A DNA stretch of 32,000 nucleotides from Nitrososphaera viennensis EN76 (GCF_000698785.1 NZ_CP007536.1:2070001-2102000); one strand, 5' to 3'. Shown: positions 1 to 9,640, counted from the first letter of the stretch. Made by a program: numbers and translations. The notes: generated by a model not told the origin, from the sequence alone.

Positions 1-28
1 GCCTAGCCGACGGCAAATTAACAGAGCC
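1..28. repeat. 28-bp copy of the transposon-end repeat family (possible right end of an element lying upstream of the window)
   Basis: GCCTAGCCGACGGCAAATTAACAGAGCC is identical to 21415-21442. It is related to the right-end units of element A at 21299-21323 and 21335-21362. Confidence 0.6.
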
Positions 29-167
29 GAGGCGAGCAAGGTTCAAAATATTGGAGACAGTCTCTTGAAGGGCGGGGTTCTCGAGATGTGGATAAACCAG
101 AGCATGACAACTAATCCTCCGTGTGGGGTATTAGGACAAATCAGAAGCATTGGATTGCAGCAGAACT

Positions 168-201
168 AAAAAAATAGAAATGAGCACAAATATGCTCATT
201 T
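168..201 (-). terminator. Hairpin plus T7 terminator candidate for the 74-aa ORF
   Basis: Inverted repeat AAATGAGCA (178-186) / TGCTCATTT (193-201) overlaps the stop codon. On the minus strand it is followed by a T7 run (A7 at 168-174 on plus). Confidence 0.35.
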
Positions 202-420
202 CATTTTAAGCAAGTCTTTTAGCATCTTTGCATGCTTCTCCTCGTCAGCCTTGATCTGCTTGAAAACCCGCACGCATTCCTGGTTTCCTTCTTTATCGGC
301 ATCTTTTATGTACCCATCAACATGCCAGAGGAACTCCATCTTCTTCTCCAGTTGCTTGGCAATATTGTACTGGCAGTCAGTCAGGATTTGCTCAGACTTT
401 TGCATTTGCCGAGAAATCAC
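196..420 (-). CDS. Small all-helical hypothetical protein (ferritin/rubrerythrin-like E..H flavour, unverified)
   Basis: 74-aa ORF with balanced composition. C-terminal ADEEKHAKMLKDLL resembles helices of ferritin-like proteins. A terminator-like hairpin sits at the 3' end. Confidence 0.5.
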   Translation of the reverse strand: MISRQMQKSEQILTDCQYNIAKQLEKKMEFLWHVDGYIKDADKEGNQECVRVFKQIKADEEKHAKMLKDLLKMK

Positions 421-544
421 CTAGTTAAGATAGAACGTCGTCACTATTAAGAACAGCGATCGAAAGTTCTGGCAACTTACTTATTGTCGGCTGTCAAGTT
501 GCTCGGCCAATTTATTATCTGACGAAGAATCACCAATGTACCTT

Positions 545-711
545 TCAGGGCTGTCCAGACGGCACTTCAATGCTGAGCCTGTGCGCGTCAGGTTCGCCGC
601 TACTAAGCTGCCGCTCGCTTGCGTCTGAAAACGCGTAATACGCGACAAACACTGAAAACAGGAACGCAATGACTGCCGGTATGACTACCAGGAACAGTAT
701 GGCAGACATGA
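545..711 (-). CDS. Possible small single-pass membrane protein
   Basis: Internal Met of the 122-aa track ORF gives MSAILFLVVIPAVIAFLFSVFVAYYAF (one clear TM helix) plus a polar tail. The longer version would overlap the acyl-CoA synthetase start. Confidence 0.25.
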
Positions 712-797
712 CAACATAGTAATGCCGCGCGTACAATAAAAGTTCACCTCGATGCGCACATGCATTTATAACCATCCTGACACGCATTTTCCCCCAA

Positions 798-2903
798 ATG
801 TCCAGTAATTCCATCTTCTTCTCGCCAAAGTCGATAGCAGTCATTGGAGCTTCAGAAAAGCCGGGCGTAGGCAAGACGATATTTACAAACATTGCCAAGC
901 ACTTCAAGGGCAAGATCTACCCTGTCACCCCGTCAAACCCGACGGTGGGCGGCCTGACGGCGTACAAGAGCGTGCTGGACATTCCTGAAAGCGTGGACCT
1001 TGCAGTGGTGGCCGCGCCAAGCAGGTTCACTCCCGCGGTGATGGAAGAGGTGGGCAAGAAGGGGATAAAGGGCGCAATAATTGTTTCAGCAGGTTTCAAG
1101 GAAGTTGACGACGAAGGCGCCCGACTCGAAAGGGAGGTGGGCGAGATTTCCAAAAAGTACGGCATCAGGGTGATCGGCCCCAACTGCCTTGGCATCATGA
1201 GCCTGTCGAAGGACAACATGATGAATTCCACGTTCTTGAAGATAACGCCCAGCTACGGCGGGATAGCGCTCGTCTCGCAGAGCGGGGCCATCTGCGCGGC
1301 GACCGTGGAGGACGCAGGCGCGCAGAACATCGGCTTTTCCAAGGTGATAAGCATGGGCAACAAGGTGGACATGGACGAAAGCGACGTGCTGGAGCTGCTC
1401 GCGGAAGACGAGGACACCAAGGTGGTGGTGATGTACCTCGAGGACATACGCAACGCAAGGCGCTTTATGGACATTGCAAAGCGCATAACGACAGAAAAGA
1501 GAAAGCCGGTGATCGTGCTAAAGTCTGGCAGGACCGCGGAAGGCGCAAAAGCGGCCGCGTCGCACACCGGCGCGCTTGGCGGCTCTGACGCAAACTATGA
1601 AGCCGCGTTTGCGCAGTGCGGCGTAATTCGAGTAGACACGATGGGCGAGCTGTTCGACCTTGCCACCGCGTTTTCCAAGCAGCCGCTGCCAGAAGGAGGC
1701 GTGGTCATTGTATCCAACGCCGGCGGCCCGGCAATCATATCCACCGACGCCTGCTCAAAGTACGGCCTGAAGATGGCCGACATCTCTTCTATTCGCGACG
1801 ACATTGCCAAGGTCATACCGGCGTACGGCTCGCCGAGGAACCCCGTCGACATTGTGGGCGACGCGGACTATAACAGGTTTGAAAAAGTGCTCAACCTCGT
1901 CCTTGCGCACCCCAGCGTGGGCTCTGTCGTGACGATGTGCACGCCATCGGCGACCCTGAACTACGACGACCTTGCGAGGGTGCTGGTCAAGATGTCAAGG
2001 CAGTTCCCGAACAAGACGATGCTTGCGTCGCTCATGGGGCTTGCAGAGGGCGTGGAAAACAGGGCGATAATGTCTGAAGGCGGCGTCCCGTACTACCTGT
2101 ACGCCGAGCCGGCGATAAGGACGCTCAAGGCCGTCTATGATTTCAAGAGCTGGGTCGACAGCGCCAGGGCCAAGGCCGGCACGCTCTCGTTTGCCAAGGA
2201 CACCGCCAAGGTCAAGGAGATATTTGCAAGCGTAAAGAAGCAGGGCCGAAACAACCTGCTTGAAGAGGAAGGCTATGAAGTCCTCCGGGCGTACGGGTTC
2301 CCGACGCCAAAGAGCATCCTCGGCGCGACAGAGGACGAGTGCGTAAGGGCCGCAAAAGAGATTGGCTATCCCGTGGTCATGAAGATAGCCTCGCCTGACA
2401 TCATCCACAAGTCAGACGCCGGCGGAGTCAAGGTCGGGGTAAAGAGCGACGACGAGCTGCGCGCCGCATTCAGGGCAATAATCGAAAATGCCAAGAAGTA
2501 CAAGTCTGATGCGAAGATAAAGGGCGTCCTCGTGCAGGAGATGGTCAAGTCTGCAAAAGAAACCATACTTGGCGCAAGCCAGGACCCGACGTTTGGGCCG
2601 GTCATAATGTTCGGCCTTGGCGGCATCTATGTTGAAGTATTGAAGGACGTGGTGTTCCGCGTCGCGCCCATCGACGAGCGCGAAGCCGCCAGGATGGTCG
2701 AGTCTATAAAGACGATAAAACTGCTAAAGGGGGTCAGGGGAGAAAGGCCGTCCGACCTGAAGGCCATTTCCGACTCGCTCCAGAGGCTGTCGCAGCTTGT
2801 CACCGACTTTCCGGAAATAAAGGAGTTTGACATCAACCCGCTCCTCGTGCTTGAAGAAGGCAAGGGCGCAAGGGTGGTCGACGCCAGGATAATACTGAAA
2901 TAA
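798..2903 (+). CDS. ADP-forming (NDP-forming) acyl-CoA synthetase, fused alpha/beta type
   Basis: 701 aa. N-terminal CoA-binding motif (SIAVIGASEKPG), phosphohistidine-type loop AASHTGALGG, and a C-terminal ATP-grasp part (GYPVVMKIASPDIIHKSDAGGVKVG). Confidence 0.9.
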   Translation: MSSNSIFFSPKSIAVIGASEKPGVGKTIFTNIAKHFKGKIYPVTPSNPTVGGLTAYKSVLDIPESVDLAVVAAPSRFTPAVMEEVGKKGIKGAIIVSAGFKEVDDEGARLEREVGEISKKYGIRVIGPNCLGIMSLSKDNMMNSTFLKITPSYGGIALVSQSGAICAATVEDAGAQNIGFSKVISMGNKVDMDESDVLELLAEDEDTKVVVMYLEDIRNARRFMDIAKRITTEKRKPVIVLKSGRTAEGAKAAASHTGALGGSDANYEAAFAQCGVIRVDTMGELFDLATAFSKQPLPEGGVVIVSNAGGPAIISTDACSKYGLKMADISSIRDDIAKVIPAYGSPRNPVDIVGDADYNRFEKVLNLVLAHPSVGSVVTMCTPSATLNYDDLARVLVKMSRQFPNKTMLASLMGLAEGVENRAIMSEGGVPYYLYAEPAIRTLKAVYDFKSWVDSARAKAGTLSFAKDTAKVKEIFASVKKQGRNNLLEEEGYEVLRAYGFPTPKSILGATEDECVRAAKEIGYPVVMKIASPDIIHKSDAGGVKVGVKSDDELRAAFRAIIENAKKYKSDAKIKGVLVQEMVKSAKETILGASQDPTFGPVIMFGLGGIYVEVLKDVVFRVAPIDEREAARMVESIKTIKLLKGVRGERPSDLKAISDSLQRLSQLVTDFPEIKEFDINPLLVLEEGKGARVVDARIILK

Positions 2904-2941
2904 TGCAAGTCAAGTCAAGGCAAGCAGGTCGCAGGCCGTCG

Positions 2942-3442
2942 TCACAATTGCACGTTGGACCAGAACTGTTCGTAACTGTGGGAGTAAATTTCGATTACGT
3001 TGCCGAATGGATCTTCGCAGAAGCAGATCTTCCTGCCACTTGAAGGTGCAAGTTCAAGTATGCCCGTTCGTTGCCTTCCGCCGGAACTCGCAATCCTTTG
3101 CGCCAGTTTTTCAATATCTGGCTCCGTCACCGCGATATGGTAAAACCCCGTTTTCCAGTATTCAAAATTGTTCTCCCTGCGTACTCCTTTCGGTTCAATG
3201 AATTGAAATAGTTCTACGCCCACGCCATTGGCAGAACTTAGGTGGCATAACTTGAACTTCCCAATATTAGGGCCAAACACATTCTTCACGACGTTGACAA
3301 GAGCAGGATCGGTTGTAGCGGAGGATGCAGAGATTTCCACAGGTCCCAGCAGGACTGTCATGTCCATTACATCTCTGTACCATGCCACTGCGACATCCAT
3401 GTCGGTGACAGAGATTGCAACATGATTAAACGCTCTGGGCAA
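2942..3442 (-). CDS. VOC/glyoxalase-bleomycin resistance family protein
   Basis: 166 aa. FNHVAISVTDMDVAVAWY and FYHIAVTEPD are the typical paired beta-alpha-beta-beta-beta module motifs. Confidence 0.8.
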   Translation of the reverse strand: MPRAFNHVAISVTDMDVAVAWYRDVMDMTVLLGPVEISASSATTDPALVNVVKNVFGPNIGKFKLCHLSSANGVGVELFQFIEPKGVRRENNFEYWKTGFYHIAVTEPDIEKLAQRIASSGGRQRTGILELAPSSGRKICFCEDPFGNVIEIYSHSYEQFWSNVQL

Positions 3443-3536
3443 CGCGTACTGTTACCATGGCTTCAGGATATAAAAGAAATATGGCGCACATTGCAGTTTC
3501 CAGTGGAAACATACGCGCACACACACATAGAGAATT

Positions 3537-4271
3537 TTACAGCTTGGCGCCGCACTCTTCGCAGAATGCCGCGCCAGCCTCGTTCTGGTAGCCGCACGAC
3601 GGGCACTTGCCTGCTTGCGCCGGAGCGCCAGCCGCCTTTAGGAGCACAATGTCTCCTATCTTTGAAATGCCGTCCCACTGCACTTCCTTCTTTTCTCCAG
3701 CGTTAGAAACTATTTTGACTGATATCGTCGCCCTGCCACCCTGCTTTCTCAGGCCGACCTCCTCTATCTTGCCCACGAGCATCGCCTCGCCGTCGTACGC
3801 GGACATGCCCACAAGCTGGCTTATCGAAACAAAACCCCCATCCTGCGTCGGCGAAATGACTGCGGCCGGCACCGGCGTGATCGCACTTTCTGGCGCGGGG
3901 GCTATCTCTGCCTTTGGCGCCACCTGCGGCGGCGCCTGCGCCGGCGCGCTGAACTTGCGGTACTGCGCGATGGTCGCGCTGCACGCCCTGCACTTGTACT
4001 CGCCCTTTTCCACGAGCGTCACGCCCTCGCCCAGATCCTCGTTGGGGTTGTCGTAGCTGAGGGTGGGCGCGCCCTCAAAGTCGCGCTCGCACTTGTTGCA
4101 GAAATATTTTACAAACCTGTCAGCGTCAAGCCTGCCGATGCCGGCAAGGAACAACTCCGGCCCGCCGAGGTTGGCCATCTTTTGCTCGTCGTCGCTGACC
4201 TTTGCAATAGCGTAACCTCCAGAGCCGCGCAATTTTTTCTCGGCCATGTCCTCTTCTCCTGCTGCCATCAT
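3537..4271 (-). CDS. PRC-barrel-like protein with internal and C-terminal zinc ribbons
   Basis: 244 aa. Contains CNKCERDF...CRAC, a Pro/Ala linker, a PRC-barrel-like segment (LVGMSAYDGEAMLVGKIEEVGL) and a C-terminal CPSCGYQNEAGAAFCEECGAKL. Confidence 0.7.
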   Translation of the reverse strand: MMAAGEEDMAEKKLRGSGGYAIAKVSDDEQKMANLGGPELFLAGIGRLDADRFVKYFCNKCERDFEGAPTLSYDNPNEDLGEGVTLVEKGEYKCRACSATIAQYRKFSAPAQAPPQVAPKAEIAPAPESAITPVPAAVISPTQDGGFVSISQLVGMSAYDGEAMLVGKIEEVGLRKQGGRATISVKIVSNAGEKKEVQWDGISKIGDIVLLKAAGAPAQAGKCPSCGYQNEAGAAFCEECGAKL

Positions 4272-4405
4272 ATTCGATAGCTTTCACCGCGTCGGTTTGT
4301 TATTTAAATCGTGCACGTGCCAGTTTCCGTCCTTACAGTAGCTGTAGCGGCGGATACTCGACCACTTAAATAGTTTCCTTAGTAAACTAATGAAGAGGTG
4401 AAACA

Positions 4406-4498
4406 ATGAAGGCACAAGAGGGCGCGGAAAAAGAAGAGGACAAGTGCTGCACAGATTCATGTTGCGAGTCAGAGCCGTGCGGATGCGGCTGCTGCTAG
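4406..4498 (+). CDS. 30-aa Cys-rich metallothionein-like peptide (candidate)
   Basis: ATG at 4406 and TAG at 4496-4498. Translates to MKAQEGAEKEEDKCCTDSCCESEPCGCGCC, with 8 Cys in the last 17 residues. GAGGTGA lies 5 nt upstream of the ATG. It is too short for the ORF track. Confidence 0.4.
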   Translation: MKAQEGAEKEEDKCCTDSCCESEPCGCGCC

Positions 4499-4564
4499 CA
4501 AAACCTCGCTTATTTCTTGTTTGCATCTTTATGATTAATATACCAAAAACCGCTGCAAGACGGC

Positions 4565-5332
4565 GTGAACGCCGTCGCGGTCCTGCTCTACCGGAACCTC
4601 GTCGCCTCGATAGACAAGGTGTTCCTGATATGGCAGGTGGTGTTTCCCATAATCTACATCTTTATCGCCGGCTACTCGTACGCGGGGCTCCTGGGCGGGC
4701 AGGGAGTCGCAATAGGGAGCGCAAGCGTCCCGTACCCCGCGTACCTTGCCGCCGGCATGATCGGCTTTAACATGATGAACTCTAGCACGGTGGCCGGCAG
4801 CATCATCTGGAACGACAAGAAGAACGGCATGTTCAAGCAGATACTGGTGATGCCTTTTGCGCGCATGGAGTACGTCCTTGGCAACATAGTGACCATAATG
4901 CTGATGGGCCTTGCAAGCGCCAGCCTGATACTCCTTGCCGGCTCGCCCACGCTCATTGGGAGCGCGCAGCCGACGCTCGTAGGCTCGCTGTACGTGCTCT
5001 ACGCGCTAATCGTGGGCGCGATATTCTTTGGCTCGATTGCGATCATAATATCGACGCGGCTGAAGAGCAGCGAGGGCTTTAACGTGATCGTAAACAGCGT
5101 GTTTCTGTTCTTCTCGTTTGTCAGTTCCGCGTTCTACCCGTCAGAAGGGGTGCCTGCGGAACTTGGGGCCGCCTTTTACGCAAACCCTCTGACCTACATC
5201 GTCGACATCACCCGCGCCGGCGTCTTTAACCAGGTAACGTTCTTTACAAACGTCGAGGTGGGCGTGATATCCGCCGCGACTGCCGGCACGTTCCTGCTTG
5301 CGACGATGTCGATCCTCAGGATGAAGATCTAG
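4565..5332 (+). CDS. ABC-2 type transporter permease
   Basis: 255 aa with about 6 hydrophobic helices and the typical ABC-2 exporter permease size and layout. GTG start, so the true start is uncertain. Confidence 0.8.
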   Translation: MNAVAVLLYRNLVASIDKVFLIWQVVFPIIYIFIAGYSYAGLLGGQGVAIGSASVPYPAYLAAGMIGFNMMNSSTVAGSIIWNDKKNGMFKQILVMPFARMEYVLGNIVTIMLMGLASASLILLAGSPTLIGSAQPTLVGSLYVLYALIVGAIFFGSIAIIISTRLKSSEGFNVIVNSVFLFFSFVSSAFYPSEGVPAELGAAFYANPLTYIVDITRAGVFNQVTFFTNVEVGVISAATAGTFLLATMSILRMKI

Positions 5333-6296
5333 CGCCATCGCCGCCGCTGTTTACCACGGTCAGGAAAACTTCTTCAAGCGTCGGCGGGTTGACAGACACC
5401 ATTTCCATCTGGACGCCGTTTCTTGCAAGCGCCTCTATCGCCCTGACAAGCACGTCCTGCGCGTCCTTGGAGCTTATCCTTACCGTGTCCTTTGCAGGGA
5501 CTTCGATGACCGACTGGCCGCCATCATTGGCTATCGAGCTTATGATGCTCATGGCCGACTGCGCGGTTACGTCCTTCAGTTTGATCTCGACTGCCTTTAT
5601 CCCGCCGTACTTTTGCTTCAGGCCCGCCGGCGTGTCTATCGCCATCATCCTGCCCTTGTTGATTATCGCAATCTCGTCGCACAGGTATTCCACCTCTTCC
5701 ATGATGTGCGTCGTGAAAAACACGGTCAGGCCGCCGTGCACGTGCCTCTTGACGTAGTCGAGGAGCAGGCGCCTTGCCGCAGGGTCGAGTCCGACCGTGG
5801 GCTCGTCCAAGAACAAGAGGTCCATGTCGTGCATGAACTCCCTTGCGACCTGCACGCGCCTCCTCTGGCCTATCGAAAGCTCGTCGTTCTTCATGCCGCG
5901 GATCTCGGACAGGTCAAACTGCTCCAAAAGCTCGCGCACCCTGTCGCGCCTCTTTTCGCCCGGCACGCCCCACATCATGCCGTACAGGTCGAGGGACTTT
6001 TCCACGGTCACGTTTCCCTCAAAGCTTGGCTCCTGAAGGACTACCCCTATTCGCTTTTTTATCTCCCTTGCGTGTTTCACGACGTCCCTGCCAAATATCT
6101 GGACGTCGCCGGAAGTGGGGTGCACAAGTGTTGTCAGCACCTTGATGGTGGTGGTCTTGCCTGCGCCGTTTGGGCCGAGGAACCCGAACACCCTGCCATA
6201 GCCGACGTCAAACGACACGCCGTCCACGGCCCTTACGCGGCCATAGTCCATGCGCAGCTGCGAAACGCTGATGCAACTATTGTTGTTGTTTTCCAT
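5316..6296 (-). CDS. ABC transporter ATP-binding protein (DrrA/ABC-2 exporter type)
   Basis: Walker A GPNGAGKTT, signature LSIGQRRRV, Walker B LLFLDEPTVGLD, and an H-loop TTHIMEE. A C-terminal extra domain is present. Confidence 0.9.
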   Translation of the reverse strand: MENNNNSCISVSQLRMDYGRVRAVDGVSFDVGYGRVFGFLGPNGAGKTTTIKVLTTLVHPTSGDVQIFGRDVVKHAREIKKRIGVVLQEPSFEGNVTVEKSLDLYGMMWGVPGEKRRDRVRELLEQFDLSEIRGMKNDELSIGQRRRVQVAREFMHDMDLLFLDEPTVGLDPAARRLLLDYVKRHVHGGLTVFFTTHIMEEVEYLCDEIAIINKGRMMAIDTPAGLKQKYGGIKAVEIKLKDVTAQSAMSIISSIANDGGQSVIEVPAKDTVRISSKDAQDVLVRAIEALARNGVQMEMVSVNPPTLEEVFLTVVNSGGDGARSSS

Positions 6297-6404
6297 CGGC
6301 TCGCGTTAATAAAAGTGGGCCGGCTAATATGATATTCTCCCTTTTTATTTCTGAATATATATTAGCAAGTTCTCCAAGATGTCTCTTGGGCTGAGGAAAT
6401 TCGC

Positions 6405-7850
6405 TTGTCGCTAAGCTTCATTGACATGGTAAACGTGCTGCTGAAACAAAAGCCAGAGCTGACGGCAGAGGCAATCCGCGACATGGTTGACGAAAAAAAG
6501 CGCAAGGTGGGCGCCGGCTACCTGACCGACCAGGGCGCGCTGTTCCTCGTCGCGGCCGACCTTGGCATCTCTTTTGACAGCATGCCCAAGGTGCAGTCCG
6601 GGTTGAAAGACCTGTACGTCGGGGCCAAAGACGTAACAATCACGGGCCGCATCATGAACATCTACCCGCCTTACAAGTTTACCAAGAAAGAGACCAACGA
6701 GCAGTCGTCGACGCGCACGCTTGTCATCTACGACAAGGGCGCCAGGGTGAAGGTCAAGCTGTGGGACAAGCAGGTGGGCGTGCCTGACGAGATGGGCCTG
6801 CAGGCAGGCGACCTCGTGAAAATAATAAAGGGCTACGTCCGCGCCGGCCTTGACGGCAAGCCCGTCGTCAACCTTGGCAGCTACAGCGCAATTGAGGTGG
6901 CGCAGGGCGACTCGGACATCCCTCCTATAGACTCGCTTGCCATGGCGGTAGACGATGTAAAGGAAGTGCAGGACTCTGCAGTAATCACAGGCGTCGTGAA
7001 CGCAAACCCAAGGATCTCTGACTTTGTGAACCAGCGTGGCGAGGCAAGCAAGTCATTGCAATTACAAATATCAAACGAGGCAAATACGCGCACGTTGCGG
7101 GCGGTTGTATGGAACGTCGACGAGTCGAGGGTGCCCAAGGTCTTCAAGACCGGCTCGAAGGTCAGGCTGGTCGGGGTCAGGATAAAGCAGGGCAACCCGC
7201 AGTTTGGAAACGGCGACTTTGAGCTGCACGGCGACGAGGGCACCATCCTTGAATTTTCCGGCTCGCAGCAGGACGTGGACGTGATGCCCCTGCGGATAAT
7301 ATCGGTGGGAGAAGAGACGGGCCGGGGAAGCTTTCTCTGCCTTGCAGTCGACAGGGCGGCAAGGGCGCTCACGCTGACCATAGACAACGGGGTGGCAAGC
7401 CAGAATCAACTGTCCACTGGTGCGATGATAGAGTGCGTGCCAAGCAGGATTTTCGGCAACGCAGTCACGCTTTCAAAGGAGGACTCGTACCTGCGCGTCA
7501 CGGACGAGGACCCGTCGTTTCCGTCGCTTGACAAGTTTGAGGCCAAGATAAAGGACATCGTCGCTACAAGCGAGCCTGCGCCAGTCGTGCTTGAAGCCAT
7601 CGTCTTGCAGGCCCCTTCCACTTCTGATGTTAATCTAAAGTCGGGCGAGACCGTGCCTGTCACTTCGACGCTTCTTGGCGACGACACGGGCCAGATCCGC
7701 CTGGTGGGCTGGCGCAACCAGAGCTCTGCGGTAAACAAGCTGGCGGTGGGCGACAGGGTCAAGCTGGTAGGCGTGACTGCCGGCGCGGGGAGGGAAGGCA
7801 CCACGGAACTGACGCTGCGCCCGTATTCCTCAGTTATCCACCTGGGGTAG
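6405..7850 (+). CDS. RPA-like ssDNA-binding protein with multiple OB folds
   Basis: 481 aa with repeated OB-fold-like blocks (VTITGRIMNIYPP...VKVKLWDKQ; AVITGVVNANPRI...LRAVVWN; LEAIVLQAP...IRLVGWRNQ). The track start is TTG 6405, but ATG at 6426 (MVNVLLKQ) is a likely alternative. Confidence 0.75.
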   Translation: MSLSFIDMVNVLLKQKPELTAEAIRDMVDEKKRKVGAGYLTDQGALFLVAADLGISFDSMPKVQSGLKDLYVGAKDVTITGRIMNIYPPYKFTKKETNEQSSTRTLVIYDKGARVKVKLWDKQVGVPDEMGLQAGDLVKIIKGYVRAGLDGKPVVNLGSYSAIEVAQGDSDIPPIDSLAMAVDDVKEVQDSAVITGVVNANPRISDFVNQRGEASKSLQLQISNEANTRTLRAVVWNVDESRVPKVFKTGSKVRLVGVRIKQGNPQFGNGDFELHGDEGTILEFSGSQQDVDVMPLRIISVGEETGRGSFLCLAVDRAARALTLTIDNGVASQNQLSTGAMIECVPSRIFGNAVTLSKEDSYLRVTDEDPSFPSLDKFEAKIKDIVATSEPAPVVLEAIVLQAPSTSDVNLKSGETVPVTSTLLGDDTGQIRLVGWRNQSSAVNKLAVGDRVKLVGVTAGAGREGTTELTLRPYSSVIHLG

Positions 7851-7892
7851 AAGAAACCCAGAAAGAGCGCGAGACGTATATATATTGATCTC

Positions 7893-9134
7893 TTGGCGCG
7901 CTCGAAAATCTTCAAGCAGGCAGACGAGCTCAAGTCGCGCATCAGGAGGCACGCCGGAAGGCGCGACGAGACTTTTCGCGTCGGAGTCGAGATCGAGATG
8001 TGCCTGCTCGACGGAAAAGACGGCAGGCCGGCAAACGCAGCCCCCGTGATAGAGCACCTGTCGCGCCGGCACCTGATAGACTATGAGTACGGCATCTGCC
8101 AGCTTGAATTCAAGACCGGCCCCGTGTCGATGGGCGAGATCGAGGGCCTGAACCTGCAGTTTGAGGAATTCATCGAGCACCTTGAAAGGGCGGTGAAAAA
8201 AGCCGGCAGGGACGTGATACCTGTATTCCTCGGCGCAAACCCGTCGCCCTTTGCCCTTGCCGACGGCCTGATAACTCCCAAGCCCCGCTACGCAAGGCTT
8301 GCGCGCTGGCAGAAAAAGCTTCCCGACATCGAGATGGACGGGCAAAAGTTCAGGGCGGTGCACGTCGCGTCGGCCATCCAGGGCTTCCACCTCCGCCTGC
8401 AGGGCAGAAACCCGCATTTCACGGCAATGATGTTCAACCACATCCTCAACCTGATACCGTCCGTGATACTGCTTGGCGCAAACAGCCGGCTCTTTGCCGG
8501 CAGGGTGTTCTCGCTCCACGAGCCGCGTCTGTTCATGTACGACCAGTCCGAGCAGCAGAACTCTGGGTTTCCCGGCATACCGCGCTACCTTGCAGGCGTG
8601 GAGGACTACATCGACTACATCATTTCAAGAAAGCCCGTCATTGCCAAGGATTATCTCGAGATGGAAAAGGAGCGGCACGACGACTGCCGCATACGGCTGA
8701 ACGCCAGCTCGTACAGGGTCGAGACGAGGGTCATGTCGGTCCAGCCGACGCCCCGGACCATGATGGCCATGATAGAGCTCTTTATCGGCTACCTGCAAAA
8801 GGCGATACACGAAGAGCGCGAGCTTCGGCCGCTTGCCGCACTCAGGGAGGAGCGCCAGTCGGTGGTGAGGTCGGGCTTTGGCGCCAAGACGCACTTTGAC
8901 GTCGCCCAGACTGCCAGGCACCAGATAGAACTTGCGAAAAAGGGGCTTGCAGACCTTGGGATAAAACCCGCGTTTCTCAACATCCTTGAGAGCAGGATTG
9001 AAAACAGGACCACCGCCGGCGAGTACGTGGCACATTTGTGGCAGACAAAGTTTAATGGTTCCATTGAAAAGACGCTTGCAGAAGTGATTGCAGACGTGTG
9101 GGAAAAGACGCGGAACAACAGGCCGATATTCTGA
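7893..9134 (+). CDS. Glutamate-cysteine ligase family 2 (YbdK-like carboxylate-amine ligase)
   Basis: 413 aa. FRVGVEIEMCLLD acidic strand near the N-terminus, with length and layout typical of GCS2. TTG start. Confidence 0.75.
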   Translation: MARSKIFKQADELKSRIRRHAGRRDETFRVGVEIEMCLLDGKDGRPANAAPVIEHLSRRHLIDYEYGICQLEFKTGPVSMGEIEGLNLQFEEFIEHLERAVKKAGRDVIPVFLGANPSPFALADGLITPKPRYARLARWQKKLPDIEMDGQKFRAVHVASAIQGFHLRLQGRNPHFTAMMFNHILNLIPSVILLGANSRLFAGRVFSLHEPRLFMYDQSEQQNSGFPGIPRYLAGVEDYIDYIISRKPVIAKDYLEMEKERHDDCRIRLNASSYRVETRVMSVQPTPRTMMAMIELFIGYLQKAIHEERELRPLAALREERQSVVRSGFGAKTHFDVAQTARHQIELAKKGLADLGIKPAFLNILESRIENRTTAGEYVAHLWQTKFNGSIEKTLAEVIADVWEKTRNNRPIF

Positions 9135-9164
9135 CCCAGTATGTGTGCTGGCTAACTTCTCCAC

Positions 9165-9437
9165 TCACTTTTTGTCGTCCTCCTTCTTGTCCTCAGTCTT
9201 CACATCCTTTGCAGCTTGCTCTGCCAAAGTCGAAAGTATCGAACTAGGGAACAACCCCGCAGTCTCCGCACGCCTTGGACGTATTGAAACTGGTGCCAAT
9301 AGGTGTGTGATCCTGTTTGATGCCGCCTTTTCTCGCTCGTCCAGTAGCCGCTTAAGGACATCTTCAAAACTGTCCCTATTGCAACTTTCGGATGCTTGCT
9401 CTGCCATTAGCGGCAAATGTTTCATTTCTTCTATCAT
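9165..9437 (-). CDS. Hypothetical small charged protein
   Basis: 90-aa ORF with a Lys/Glu/Asp-rich tail and no recognisable motif. It competes with an overlapping plus-strand ORF (9088-9561) whose N-terminal part is Ser-rich low complexity. Confidence 0.3.
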   Translation of the reverse strand: MIEEMKHLPLMAEQASESCNRDSFEDVLKRLLDEREKAASNRITHLLAPVSIRPRRAETAGLFPSSILSTLAEQAAKDVKTEDKKEDDKK

Positions 9438-9640
9438 TCAGGGTCTCAACATTCCTGCTGCCGGCACGCATGTAATGATCATAGGTTCGTACGTTTTGGA
9501 TCAAGGTCATTTTGACTGGGCGGAAATCCATCCAGTCACATCGATAACCCCTACGAACTGACTGTACCACTTTCTAGCACACTGTCATTCTTTTCAGAGA
9601 AGGTTTTAGTACGAGCGTCATCTTTAGACCGCTCGGAAAA

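Noticed and set aside
9440-9561. The C-terminal part of plus ORF 9088-9561 (NIPAAGTHVMIIGSYVLDQGHFDWAEIHPVTSI) looks protein-like and may be a gene remnant.
   Set aside because: It has no start codon of its own. The upstream part of the ORF is Ser-rich antisense shadow. I cannot name a family without a search.
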